Source: Candidatus Caccovivens faecavium
Lineage (GTDB): Bacteria > Bacillota > Clostridia > Christensenellales > UBA1242
Direction of reading: 5' to 3'
DNA length: 64,000 bases
NCBI GenBank assembly: GCA_018715545.1
Contig: DVLK01000098.1
Location: forward strand, 9,101-73,100
Below, piece by piece: positions 10,219 to 19,311 of this stretch (positions within the stretch are counted from its first letter, which is position 1; each line of letters begins with the position of its first letter). Position numbers and translations under genes: made by a program. The notes below the pieces were generated by a model that did no database searches, had not been told where the DNA came from, and saw nothing but the letters and a program-made list of their open reading frames with translations.

Positions 10219-11424
10219 ATGAATGCATTAAGTGTCACAAAGTTTAATAGCATTGTTAGAGATATCTTTAACAGCGAGGAACTTCTCCACAACATAAGTA
10301 TTGTTGGAGAAGTTTTTGGCGTGTCAAGAGCAAAAACTGCCATTTATTTTTCGCTTAAAGATGAAGAAAGCTCCTTGCCATGTCTGACTTTTAATTTGTC
10401 GCTTTTTGATAACATTAAAGAGGGTGATATGGTGACCATTCAAGGTTCGCCAAATTACTATGTCAAAAGTGGTAGATTTAACTTTGTTACATACAGCATT
10501 GTGCCATCAGGGCTAGGATTACTCTATCAAAAATTTGTTGAACTTAAAAACAAACTTGAACAAGAGGGATTATTCTCACAAGAACACAAGAAAGAAATGC
10601 CAAAGAGTATTAAGCGTATTGGTGTTGTTACCTCTAAGGAAGGCGCAGTTATTCAAGATATTAAAAATGTTGCTTGGCGTAGAAATCCATCGGTTGACAT
10701 CGTGCTTTACTCATGTAAGGTGCAGGGTAACGGGGCTGAAAAAGAGATAGCGGAAGGAATTGACTTCTTTTCAAACTATGATAAGGTGGATGCTGTGATT
10801 GTGGCGCGAGGTGGTGGCTCTCTTGAAGATTTATCAGCATATAACACTGAAATTGTGGCGCGTTCGGCATATAACTGCAACAAATTTCTAGTTTCTGCGG
10901 TTGGTCATGAGGTAGATTTTACTATCATCGACTTTGTAAGTGATTTAAGAGCTCCAACACCGAGTGCGGCAGCAGAGCTAGTGACGGAAGATAGGCAAAA
11001 AGAAAAAATAAATTTCAAGCATATTTTAAATAAACTTACAAGAGATTTAGAAAATTATATCGGTGACAAATTAGAGGAGTATAACGATTTAACAGCATAT
11101 CTATTGACGCGCTGTGAAGATTATGTTGAAGATAAAAAAGAGCCGTTAAAATTTAATGCAAGTAAGTTATCTTATATTATTGAAAAACTATGTATGCAAG
11201 AGGAGCATAACTTAAAATTAAAACAAAGCATGCTTGACGGACTAAATCCTATGCGCGTGCTAGAAAGAGGCTATGCCAAAGTGGAACAAGGTGGAGTGGC
11301 AATAAATGATGCAAAAAGTGTGTTAGATAGTATGCCACTAGAAATTAATTTCTGTGACGGACAGGTAACGACCAGCGTTATGAAGAAAACAATATTTGAA
11401 CAAAAGGGAGATTTAAGGAGATAA
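10219..11424 (+). CDS. xseA: Exodeoxyribonuclease VII large subunit
   Basis: N-terminal OB region (SVTKFNSIVRDIF...), the VARGGGSLEDL motif, and the adjacent xseB gene. Confidence 0.95.
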   Translation: MNALSVTKFNSIVRDIFNSEELLHNISIVGEVFGVSRAKTAIYFSLKDEESSLPCLTFNLSLFDNIKEGDMVTIQGSPNYYVKSGRFNFVTYSIVPSGLGLLYQKFVELKNKLEQEGLFSQEHKKEMPKSIKRIGVVTSKEGAVIQDIKNVAWRRNPSVDIVLYSCKVQGNGAEKEIAEGIDFFSNYDKVDAVIVARGGGSLEDLSAYNTEIVARSAYNCNKFLVSAVGHEVDFTIIDFVSDLRAPTPSAAAELVTEDRQKEKINFKHILNKLTRDLENYIGDKLEEYNDLTAYLLTRCEDYVEDKKEPLKFNASKLSYIIEKLCMQEEHNLKLKQSMLDGLNPMRVLERGYAKVEQGGVAINDAKSVLDSMPLEINFCDGQVTTSVMKKTIFEQKGDLRR

Positions 11425-11426
11425 AT

Positions 11427-11645
11427 ATGGAAAAAGAACTCATTTATGAAGATGCCATAAAAGAATTAGAGGAAATAACAAATAAACTAGATAGTGAAAG
11501 TTTGCCACTAGCAAAAAGCGAGGAGCTTTTTAATCGTGCGCTATTTTTAGCTAAATTTTGCCAAGAAGAACTTTCAAAATCTTCTAAAAAACTCTTTGAA
11601 ATTAAAAAAGAGTTTGACAGAATTCAAGAGGAGGAGAGCGAATGA
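11427..11645 (+). CDS. xseB: Exodeoxyribonuclease VII small subunit
   Basis: 72-aa helical protein (YEDAIKELEEITNKLDSE) immediately after xseA. Confidence 0.9.
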   Translation: MEKELIYEDAIKELEEITNKLDSESLPLAKSEELFNRALFLAKFCQEELSKSSKKLFEIKKEFDRIQEEESE

Positions 11646-13369
11646 AACTAAGTAAACTTGTCGGCGAGAGATATAAAGAAACGCCAAACGGAGCACAACT
11701 AAAAAGTCATATCTTACTTCTTCGTGCGGGCTACATAAAGCAGGTTAGCACGGGTATTTTTTCCATGCTTCCACCGGCACAGAGAGTGAGCCAAAAAATT
11801 CAAAATATCATCCGCGAAGAGATGAACGCCATCGGCGGTCAAGAGGTCTTATTCCCTGTTGTTATGCCAAGAGAACTTTGGGAGATGTCTGGGCGCTATC
11901 AAACTATACAAGAGGAATTACTCCGCTTTAAAGACAGAACTGGTCATGATATGCTTTTAGGCATGACGCATGAAGAGGCCGCCGTTCACATGGTTATGAA
12001 CACCGTGAAAAGTCATGACGAGCTTCCTTGCATGATTTATCAAATTCAAACAAAATATCGTGATGAGGCGCGCCCACGCGGTGGACTTATTCGCGTTAAA
12101 GAGTTTTTGATGAAAGACGCATACTCTTTCCATACCTCTCAGGAAGATTTAGATAGTTATTATAAAAAAGTCTATGACGCTTACAACAGAATTTACAAGC
12201 GTATAGGGCTTAAAAATTTCATTTCTGTGAAGTCTGACAGTGGCATCATGGGCGGTAAGGTGGCGGACGAGTTTATGCTTGTCACCGACAGCGGAGAAGA
12301 TAGGCTTGTGCTTTGCGATAAGTGTGGCTATAAGGCGAACATGGAGGTTGCAAGTGGCGTCAAAACTCCAAATGCTGAGTGCGAGATGAAAGAACTTGAA
12401 GAGGTGTTCACAGGTAACGCAAAGACGATTGAAGAACTTTGCCATTATCTTAATATTAAGCCAGAAGAGACCGTCAAGGCGGTGTGCTATGTGACAAGTG
12501 AGGAGAGGCTAGTTGTCGCGTTTCTTCGTGGTGACTATGATATCAACGAAAAGAAACTAGCGAAACTTTGTAAGAGCGAGATTAAAGTTGCCGACACTGA
12601 CAAATTTGGCTTAGTGGCTGGCAATATCGGTTGCGTGAACTTGACCGTGCCAGAGGACGCACTTGTTTTCTATGATAATTCGCTTGAAAATTTAAACAAC
12701 TTTGTGACAGGTGCAAATAGAGAAGATTACCACTTAAAAAATGTGTGTGCTTCGCGTGATTTAAGCGATGTCGTTTTTGACGATATTGCGCTTGTGAAAG
12801 AGGGCGATTATTGCCCTGTATGCGGGGAAAAATTGAGGCTCACGCGCGGAATTGAAATCGGCAACATCTTCCAACTCGGCACAAAATACACAAAGTCTAT
12901 GGGTATGAAGGTTAGCATGCCAGACGGAAGCAGTATGGAGCCAATCATGGGTTGCTATGGCATAGGAATAGGCAGGGCGCTTGCCAGCATAATTGAAGAA
13001 AAGGGCGATGAAAAGGGTATTGTTTGGCCTATGACCGTTGCTCCATGGCAGGTGCATTTCTGTCCACTTCGTCTTGATGATGAGAATGTTTCGGCGGTGG
13101 CTGATGAACTCTATAAAAAGATGCACGACGCTGGCATTGAGGTGCTATACGATGACCGCGTTGTCTCCGCTGGTGTAAAACTCACTGACAGCGAACTTAT
13201 GGGCATGCCAATCCGTGTGGTGATTAGCCCTAAAACTATGGCAAACGGCACAGCCGAAGTGACCATGCGCGAAACTGGCGAAACAAACTTTATTCCTCTT
13301 CAAAATCTATTAAGCGAACTTAAAGCAATAATCGAAGATGAGGTCGGCGAGATAGAAAAAAATCTTTGA
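11642..13369 (+). CDS. proS: Prolyl-tRNA synthetase (bacterial type with editing insertion)
   Basis: Class II motifs (FRDEARPRGGLIRVKEF; GCYGIGIGR) and a length of 575 aa. Confidence 0.95.
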   Translation: MKLSKLVGERYKETPNGAQLKSHILLLRAGYIKQVSTGIFSMLPPAQRVSQKIQNIIREEMNAIGGQEVLFPVVMPRELWEMSGRYQTIQEELLRFKDRTGHDMLLGMTHEEAAVHMVMNTVKSHDELPCMIYQIQTKYRDEARPRGGLIRVKEFLMKDAYSFHTSQEDLDSYYKKVYDAYNRIYKRIGLKNFISVKSDSGIMGGKVADEFMLVTDSGEDRLVLCDKCGYKANMEVASGVKTPNAECEMKELEEVFTGNAKTIEELCHYLNIKPEETVKAVCYVTSEERLVVAFLRGDYDINEKKLAKLCKSEIKVADTDKFGLVAGNIGCVNLTVPEDALVFYDNSLENLNNFVTGANREDYHLKNVCASRDLSDVVFDDIALVKEGDYCPVCGEKLRLTRGIEIGNIFQLGTKYTKSMGMKVSMPDGSSMEPIMGCYGIGIGRALASIIEEKGDEKGIVWPMTVAPWQVHFCPLRLDDENVSAVADELYKKMHDAGIEVLYDDRVVSAGVKLTDSELMGMPIRVVISPKTMANGTAEVTMRETGETNFIPLQNLLSELKAIIEDEVGEIEKNL

Positions 13370-13382
13370 AAATAAAGCTTTT

Positions 13383-13532
13383 AGCGAAGAGCGAAGGCAA
13401 GTCGTTGGCTCGCAGTGAAAAACTGAGAAAAGATTATATAAGCTGGTGTTGTTTTGAGCAAAAGAGCGTAGCGATTGCTGTCGAAACATCTCAAAAATCA
13501 AGCTGTCCTCTCTTAGATCCTTCGACTACGCT
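13383..13532. repeat. Long-range inverted repeat with a CGAAGG/CCTTCG core inside the proS 3' non-coding region
   Basis: AGCG-AAGAG-CGAAGG (13383-13397) is complementary to CCTTCG-ACTA-CGCT (13519-13532) apart from an internal loop. The region is locally GC-rich in an AT-rich genome. Confidence 0.3.
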
Positions 13533-13654
13533 CAGGATGACAGAAATAGTGAAAAAGTTGGATATTTTTTGAGAGTTTTGCCGTAACGCCGTAGCTTTGT
13601 TAGTTTAATTAGTTTATTTATTCTAAATGATACCTTATTTGAATAAAATATTCT

Positions 13655-14194
13655 ATGAAAAAGGGTTCGGTTCGGTGGGCGTTTAAAGTCTTTGTGCTTT
13701 CACTTTCACTCTCCATTGTTTTTAGTTTAATGTCGCAAAGTTTGTTGCCGACATTATCTTCTTTTTTCTCTATCTTTGTAATTATCTTTTTTATCTTTGT
13801 GGCGGTGGTGTTTGATATGGTTGCGGTGGCATTCACAACGATAAGCGAAGATAAACTTTTGCCATACAAAGACGAAAAGGGCTACAACATGGCTCTCTCA
13901 CTGTGTCGAAACGCCGACAAGGTTTCCTCTTTTGGTGGAGATGTTGTGGGCGATATTTGTGGAATATTGAGCGGAGCTGGCGGTGTAAGTTTGGTTCTTA
14001 ATATGCACCTTGAAGGCAGTGAGCTTAACCTTCTTGTGACTTGTTTAGTAAGCAGTCTTATTGCAGGTGTCACAATCTTTTGTAAGGCGATTATGAAAAG
14101 TTATTCCATTGAAAATTGCGGCAAAATTGCTATAAAAACAGGCTCGTATTTGGAGTTTGGAAGAAAAAATCGAAAAGAAAAAACTAAAAAGTGA
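13655..14194 (+). CDS. Hypothetical polytopic membrane protein
   Basis: 179-aa ORF with about 4 hydrophobic segments and a basic C-terminus. No family was recognised. No SD sequence; TAAAAT lies 5 nt upstream of the ATG. Confidence 0.6.
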   Translation: MKKGSVRWAFKVFVLSLSLSIVFSLMSQSLLPTLSSFFSIFVIIFFIFVAVVFDMVAVAFTTISEDKLLPYKDEKGYNMALSLCRNADKVSSFGGDVVGDICGILSGAGGVSLVLNMHLEGSELNLLVTCLVSSLIAGVTIFCKAIMKSYSIENCGKIAIKTGSYLEFGRKNRKEKTKK

Positions 14195-14304
14195 AAAAAG
14201 TCGATGGAAGAGGAAAGGGTTGGGAAACCAATGGAGTAGCCGTTAGAAAAGTTCACTTTTCGTGCCGGCGTTAAGCGTAGTTGGTGTCCGCAACAAAAAA
14301 TTGC

Positions 14305-14333
14305 TTTACAAAGTGTTATCAAAATGCTATAAT
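14305..14333 (+). promoter_or_regulatory. Promoter positioned for a leaderless transcript of the 14341 gene
   Basis: TTTACA (14305-14310), 17 nt spacer, TATAAT (14328-14333), 7 nt, ATG (14341). No SD sequence. Confidence 0.55.
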
Positions 14334-14340
14334 ATCGTGT

Positions 14341-15357
14341 ATGGAAAATTTTTATGATGCAATTTTGGATGCGTTAGTGGATGTTTTCAAGATGATGCCT
14401 ATTCTCTTTTTGGCATATCTTCTTGTTTCATACCTTTCACACGACCATAATCATAAATTTTCTGGCTTTCTCAGCAAAAAGAAAAGGACGAGCGTGCTTT
14501 ACGCTTCCTTTTTAGGTTGTGTTCCTCAGTGTGGATTTAGTTCGGTTATTGCCGACCTATATTCAAGGCAAAAGGTGACACTCGGCACGCTGGTTGCGGT
14601 GTTTGCAGCAACAAGTGATGAGGCAATTCCTATCATGATTGCCACGCCGAGCCAAATTTTAAATATGCTCCTTTTAATCGGCATAAAGATAGTTTTGGCG
14701 CTCCTTTGGGGCTATGGCATCGACTTTGTTGTTGAAATTTTCTCTAAATTAAGAAAGAAAAAGGTGGCAAATGCTACGGCGAAAAATTTGGTCGGTGAAG
14801 ATGCCAGCAAAACAAAGGAATTTTCTCATGCGGAAAACGACCATGTTGCTAATCACGAGTTAAGCGAAGGTCATCATGAACACCATATTCATGAGTGTGG
14901 GCATATACACAGTGACACTTGTGATGAACATTGTCACCATGACGAACAATGCTGTGTTGACAACATCTTTTTGGACGCTTTTAAACACACAATGGAAATT
15001 GCTATTTATGTTTTCATTGCAACTTTTATCATAAATCTACTTATCAACTATTTCACGCTTGATATTTTTACAACAATACTCACAGACAATGGTATTGTCC
15101 AAATACTTATTGCGTGCGTTGTAGGTCTTATTCCAAACTGCGCTTCATCTGTTTTACTTGTCGAACTCTTCACAGTCGGCGCGCTTTCATTTCCAGCACT
15201 TGTTGCAGGACTTTCTACGGGCGCAGGCGTTGGACTTATCATTCTTATTACCAAAAACAAGCATCCGCTTAAAAATATAGGCATACTGCTTTTGCAGTTC
15301 GCTATCGGTGTTGTGAGCGGTTTGATAATTTATGGCATCTTTCAATTAGTTATTTGA
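14341..15357 (+). CDS. Predicted polytopic metal-ion transporter (ArsP_2 / 'putative manganese transporter'-like) with a His/Cys-rich loop
   Basis: Membrane protein with FLGCVPQCGFSSV and LIPNCASSVLL motifs in two halves. The central loop reads HAENDHVANHELSEGHHEHHIHECGHIHSDTCDEHCHHDEQCC. I prefer the start at 14341 (MENFYDAIL) over 14281. The family call is from memory. Confidence 0.5.
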   Translation: MENFYDAILDALVDVFKMMPILFLAYLLVSYLSHDHNHKFSGFLSKKKRTSVLYASFLGCVPQCGFSSVIADLYSRQKVTLGTLVAVFAATSDEAIPIMIATPSQILNMLLLIGIKIVLALLWGYGIDFVVEIFSKLRKKKVANATAKNLVGEDASKTKEFSHAENDHVANHELSEGHHEHHIHECGHIHSDTCDEHCHHDEQCCVDNIFLDAFKHTMEIAIYVFIATFIINLLINYFTLDIFTTILTDNGIVQILIACVVGLIPNCASSVLLVELFTVGALSFPALVAGLSTGAGVGLIILITKNKHPLKNIGILLLQFAIGVVSGLIIYGIFQLVI

Positions 15358-15404
15358 TTGGGTTATGTAGAAATATATAAAACTAAAATTTTAAGGAGGT
15401 AAGA

Positions 15405-15914
15405 GTGTCTTTTGAAACTAATCGCGTGTCGCAAATTAAATTATATATAATACTTGATTCGTTTGTATTAATCTTACCATTTTTAATTGGATTACCAATT
15501 ACATTAGCAGAAAAGCGGTATGATGATTTATTTATCATGTTAAGTATTTGTATCCCTCTTTGTATTGTTGTTATTGTTCAATTTATACTTTTACGAAAAT
15601 ATTATTTAGGAAAAGTTTTTGTAAATGAAGAAGGCGTTGGATATAAATATAAAAACAAAACATATAAAATTTTTAAATGGGAAGAAATTATAAAAGTTAG
15701 TATTGGGAATGCGTATTTCGTTTTTTATAAGGATGAAAAGATAAATCGAGGCAAAAATATAGTAGAAATGAAGTATTCGTCAACAAATAAAAATTATTCG
15801 AAAATCATGGATACCTGCAAAGAAATATGTAAACTTATAGATTCAAAACAAAAAGAAAATGGCTTTCAAGTTCAATATACCAGTGAAAATGTTAGGAAAA
15901 TTTTTGAAAAATAA
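15405..15914 (+). CDS. Hypothetical membrane protein (2 TM helices plus a small cytoplasmic domain)
   Basis: GTG start 6 nt after AAGGAGGT. Very AT-rich. No family was recognised. Confidence 0.55.
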   Translation: MSFETNRVSQIKLYIILDSFVLILPFLIGLPITLAEKRYDDLFIMLSICIPLCIVVIVQFILLRKYYLGKVFVNEEGVGYKYKNKTYKIFKWEEIIKVSIGNAYFVFYKDEKINRGKNIVEMKYSSTNKNYSKIMDTCKEICKLIDSKQKENGFQVQYTSENVRKIFEK

Positions 15915-16111
15915 AATAAAAACTGCTTAGAAATTAAACGGTTTTACGCTTTGAGATGGTATTGCCACTTTTTGTTAAAAAATGAATTTGAACAAAAACA
16001 TAAGAAGCAATAATGTTGCGTGACATCGTCACTTTCAATAGGCAGAAAAATTAAGTTTGAATTTAAAAACATTAAACATCCAAAATTTGTTTGGTTTGTT
16101 TGGTAAAACGC

Positions 16112-16140
16112 TTGCAAAATATATTTCTATATGTTATAAT
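16112..16140 (+). promoter_or_regulatory. rpsB promoter (extended -10), giving a ~170-nt leader
   Basis: TTGCAA (16112-16117), 17 nt spacer, TGtTATAAT (16132-16140). Confidence 0.65.
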
Positions 16141-16319
16141 CATTCCGTCATTGGACAAATAAGCACTCAAAGCAAATTTTTAAACAGGTTGCCTGAACGC
16201 TTGCAAACTTTGGTTTTATGTTTTAAATTATGAATTTGTTTGCAGGTAAAAGAGTAATCTTGGGTTGGTTTAAAGAGTTAAAACTTTGGGGAAGGACAAA
16301 AACTAGGAGGTAAAAAATT

Positions 16320-17228
16320 ATGTCAGTTATTTCAATGAAACAACTTCTTGAAGCTGGTGTTCATTTCGGTCACCAAACAAGAAAGTGGAACCCTAAGATG
16401 AAAGAATACATCTTCACTGCAAGAAATGATATTCACATCTTAAATTTGGAGCTCACATCAGAGCAAATCGACAAGGCATACAGCTTTGTTCGCGATGTTG
16501 TAGCTTCTGGAAAGAGCGTGCTTTTTGTTGGAACAAAGAAGCAGGCGCAAGAAGCAGTTAAGGAAGAGGCAGAGAGATGCGGAATGTTCTACATCAACAC
16601 TCGTTGGCTTGGCGGAACTTTAACTAACTTCAAAACAATTAGAAACAGAATTGAGAGATTAAATAAACTCAATCAAATGGAAAAGGTTGGTGAATTTGAC
16701 CTTCTTCCAAAGAAAGAGGTTGCTCTCTTAAAGCAAGAAAGAGATAAGCTTGAAAAGAACCTCGGCGGAATTAAAGATATGCACGAACTTCCAGGTGTAC
16801 TTTTCGTTGTTGACCCAACCAATGAAAAAATCTGTGTTCATGAAGCAAACATCTTAAACATTCCAGTAGTTTCACTTGTTGACACAAACTGCGACCCATC
16901 AAATGTCACAATTGTAATTCCAGGAAATGATGATGCTATTCGCTCTGTTAAGCTCATTGCAAGCGCAATTGCAGACGCTGTTATTGAGGCAAGAGAGGGC
17001 GTTTCTATGCAGAAGAATGAAGAGGAAGACGAGAAGGTTGACCTTGAAAGTTTACTCACAGAAGCTAAGCCTAGCTTAGAGCTTGCTGAGGCTGGCGAGG
17101 AAGTTAAAAAGACAAACAAAAAACCTAAGAAAAAACCAGCCAAGAAAGTAGAAAAAACTGAAAAGGTTGAAGAAAAGAAAGAAGAAGTAAAAGAAGAAAA
17201 AGTTGAAGAGAAAAAGGACGCTGAATAA
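16320..17228 (+). CDS. rpsB: 30S ribosomal protein S2 with a ~70-aa Lys/Glu-rich C-terminal extension
   Basis: N-terminal [22 protein letters not shown]. The tail reads [40 protein letters not shown]. Confidence 0.97.
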   Translation: MSVISMKQLLEAGVHFGHQTRKWNPKMKEYIFTARNDIHILNLELTSEQIDKAYSFVRDVVASGKSVLFVGTKKQAQEAVKEEAERCGMFYINTRWLGGTLTNFKTIRNRIERLNKLNQMEKVGEFDLLPKKEVALLKQERDKLEKNLGGIKDMHELPGVLFVVDPTNEKICVHEANILNIPVVSLVDTNCDPSNVTIVIPGNDDAIRSVKLIASAIADAVIEAREGVSMQKNEEEDEKVDLESLLTEAKPSLELAEAGEEVKKTNKKPKKKPAKKVEKTEKVEEKKEEVKEEKVEEKKDAE

Positions 17229-17280
17229 TCTAAATACTTAGCGTTTCAAGAAAAAATTTAAAATCAAAAAGGAGATAATT

Positions 17281-17937
17281 ATGAGTTTTACTGCACAAGA
17301 TGTTGCAAAATTAAGACAACAAACAGGCGTTGGTATGATGGAGTGCAAAAAGGCACTTACCGATGCTAATGGAGATTTTGAAAAGGCAATTGTTCTTCTT
17401 CGTGAAAGAGGACTTAAAGCGGTTGACAAAAAGCAAAACAGAATAGCTTCCGAAGGCGCTGTTGCTTCTTACATCCACATGGGCGGAAAGATAGGCGTTT
17501 TGGTTGAAGTTAACTGTGAAACCGACTTCGTTGCAAAGAGTGACGATTTCCAAGTTTTGGTTAAAGACATTGCTATGCAAATTGCTGCTGCAAATCCTAA
17601 GTATGTTCGTGAAGAGGAAGTTGACCCTAGCGAACTTGAAAAGGAAAAGGAAATTTTGAAAGTGCAAGCGCTTAATGAGGGCAAGCCTGCAAATATCGTT
17701 GAAAGAATGATTGAAGGAAGAATTAAGAAGTATTATGAAGATGTCTGCCTTCTCAATCAACCATTCGTTAAAGATAGCAGTAAAACAATTAAGGACATCT
17801 TAACAGAAGCAACTTTAAAAATCGGAGAGAAAATCTCTGTTAGACGCTTTGTTCGTTATGAGCTTGGCGAGGGACTTGAAAAGAGAAATGATAATCTTGC
17901 AGAAGAAGTTGCAAAACAGATGGCAAATATTAAATAA
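17281..17937 (+). CDS. tsf: Elongation factor Ts (short form)
   Basis: VAKLRQQTGVGMMECKKAL plus VEVNCETDFVAK. Confidence 0.97.
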   Translation: MSFTAQDVAKLRQQTGVGMMECKKALTDANGDFEKAIVLLRERGLKAVDKKQNRIASEGAVASYIHMGGKIGVLVEVNCETDFVAKSDDFQVLVKDIAMQIAAANPKYVREEEVDPSELEKEKEILKVQALNEGKPANIVERMIEGRIKKYYEDVCLLNQPFVKDSSKTIKDILTEATLKIGEKISVRRFVRYELGEGLEKRNDNLAEEVAKQMANIK

Positions 17938-17940
17938 TTT

Positions 17941-17970
17941 AAAGAATAGGTTTTCCTATTCTTTATTTTT
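17941..17970 (+). terminator. Intrinsic terminator after tsf
   Basis: Stem AAAGAATAGG / CCTATTCTTT with loop TTTT, followed by a T-rich tail. Confidence 0.8.
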
Positions 17971-17974
17971 ACTA

Positions 17975-18003
17975 TTGACATGTAAAATCAAATATATTAG
18001 AAT
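17975..18003 (+). promoter_or_regulatory. Promoter of the ThyX-like gene
   Basis: TTGACA (17975-17980), 17 nt spacer, TAGAAT (17998-18003). Confidence 0.6.
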
Positions 18004-18023
18004 ATTGTCAAGAGAGGTGTTAT

Positions 18024-19199
18024 ATGGAAGTTAATATTGTTGCGTCAACAAAGGTGAATTATAAGGCAGACAAAGAGGAACTTGATAGATTTGGAGGAAT
18101 AAGTGCGGGAATTTGTTATTCTCCAAATGGTTTTGAAAGTTTGCTAAGCGAAAATAGTGAAGCTACACAAAAAAGAATTGAAAGGACAAAAAATAGTGGG
18201 CACCATAGCGTCTATGGGCATGGTGAAGTATCTTTGATTTTAGAGGGTGTCCCTAAGGCTCTTGCAATGTTTTTGAATAATGAAAAGGAGTATAACACAA
18301 GCGAGCGCTCGGCAAGATACACCAAGATGAAACTTCAAGGAGAGGAAGAGGAAATCTATAATAAATGGGTGGGTATTTTTAAGAACAAAATTATGTCTAG
18401 ATATGCTGGTGTTGCACCTAATTTCTTTACCGAAAGAAAGATAACCACTTTGGCACAGGAGAATGCAAGGTATTTGATTTCAGTTTTCACTTTGACTACC
18501 CTTGAATATACCACTTCATATAGGCAACTTAATTACATATATGGCTTCATGCAAAAGGAAATACATAGAGAAAATCCTCTTGTTTTCGACAAGATGATAA
18601 GACCATATTTTATCGAATTTTGTGAAAAACTTAAACAGCTTAACCTCATAGACGAAAGGTTGCAAAATAATGGTAAGGGGAGAGAATTTAGCTTAATTGA
18701 CAGGGATGGCACGCCTCTAACAAAGTATTTTGGTGATGTGTATGCAACGAGTTACAAGGGCTCATTTGCTGAGCTTGCACAGGCACAAAGGCATAGAACG
18801 ATTGATTATAGTTTTAAATTTACAGATGAAAGTTTCTTTATTCCTCCAATAATTAAAGATGACGAAAAATTGGTAAAAGAATGGCTTAATGATTGTGCAA
18901 AGCAATATAATGTCTTTCCGCAAGGAATGTTAGTTGAAATTGAAGAGCGGGGAACATATAAAAACTTTATTTTGAAAATGCAAGAGCGCCTTTGCTCGTG
19001 CGCGCAACTTGAAATCAACAAGCAAACGCTTGAAACATTGCGCGAATATAAACAAGCGCTCCTTGCAAGCAATCATCCAAGATATGCTGAACTCAAAGAC
19101 TTTGATGCTTCAAGATGCACATTTCCAGATAAATATAAGTTTGACTGCAAAACGCCTTGCGTTTTTTATGAAGGCGTGACAGGAGAAAGAGAGATATAA
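18024..19199 (+). CDS. Divergent, double-length ThyX-like (FAD-dependent thymidylate synthase family) protein
   Basis: SGHHSVYGHGEVSL resembles the ThyX HxS..EH..F motif. SERSARY (aa 93-99) resembles S-x-RY but is not preceded by RHR. AQAQRHRTIDYS (aa 251-262) resembles ARQxxRHRxxS. RLCSCAQLEI (aa 322-331) resembles R....AQ.EI. Confidence 0.5.
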   Translation: MEVNIVASTKVNYKADKEELDRFGGISAGICYSPNGFESLLSENSEATQKRIERTKNSGHHSVYGHGEVSLILEGVPKALAMFLNNEKEYNTSERSARYTKMKLQGEEEEIYNKWVGIFKNKIMSRYAGVAPNFFTERKITTLAQENARYLISVFTLTTLEYTTSYRQLNYIYGFMQKEIHRENPLVFDKMIRPYFIEFCEKLKQLNLIDERLQNNGKGREFSLIDRDGTPLTKYFGDVYATSYKGSFAELAQAQRHRTIDYSFKFTDESFFIPPIIKDDEKLVKEWLNDCAKQYNVFPQGMLVEIEERGTYKNFILKMQERLCSCAQLEINKQTLETLREYKQALLASNHPRYAELKDFDASRCTFPDKYKFDCKTPCVFYEGVTGEREI

Positions 19200-19276
19200 A
19201 CACAGGTGTTTGAGCGAAAAATGAAAAAATTAAAATTTAAGAGATGCTTTGTTTTAATTGTCAATTAATTTATTTA

Positions 19277-19311
19277 TAAAAAAATTGAACGATCGTGTCG
19301 TTCAATTTTTT
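19277..19311. terminator. Bidirectional terminator between the ThyX-like gene and rpmB
   Basis: Stem TTGAACGA / TCGTTCAA (19285-19292 / 19298-19305) with an A-run upstream and a T-run downstream. Confidence 0.8.

Noticed and set aside
13310-13572. ORFs 13366..13572 (+) and 13310..13501 (-) in the proS downstream region
   Set aside because: They have no RBS and overlap each other, and their composition is driven by GC-rich repeat-like motifs. I treated them as non-coding (see finding).
14195-14300. Possible yybP-ykoY (Mn2+) riboswitch upstream of the metal transporter, because of GGAAAGGG...GGGAAAC...GGAGTAGC
   Set aside because: The motifs are in the wrong order and there is no complementary 3' half (no CCCUUUCC closing helix). 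The transporter's promoter lies downstream of this sequence, so it is not in that gene's leader.
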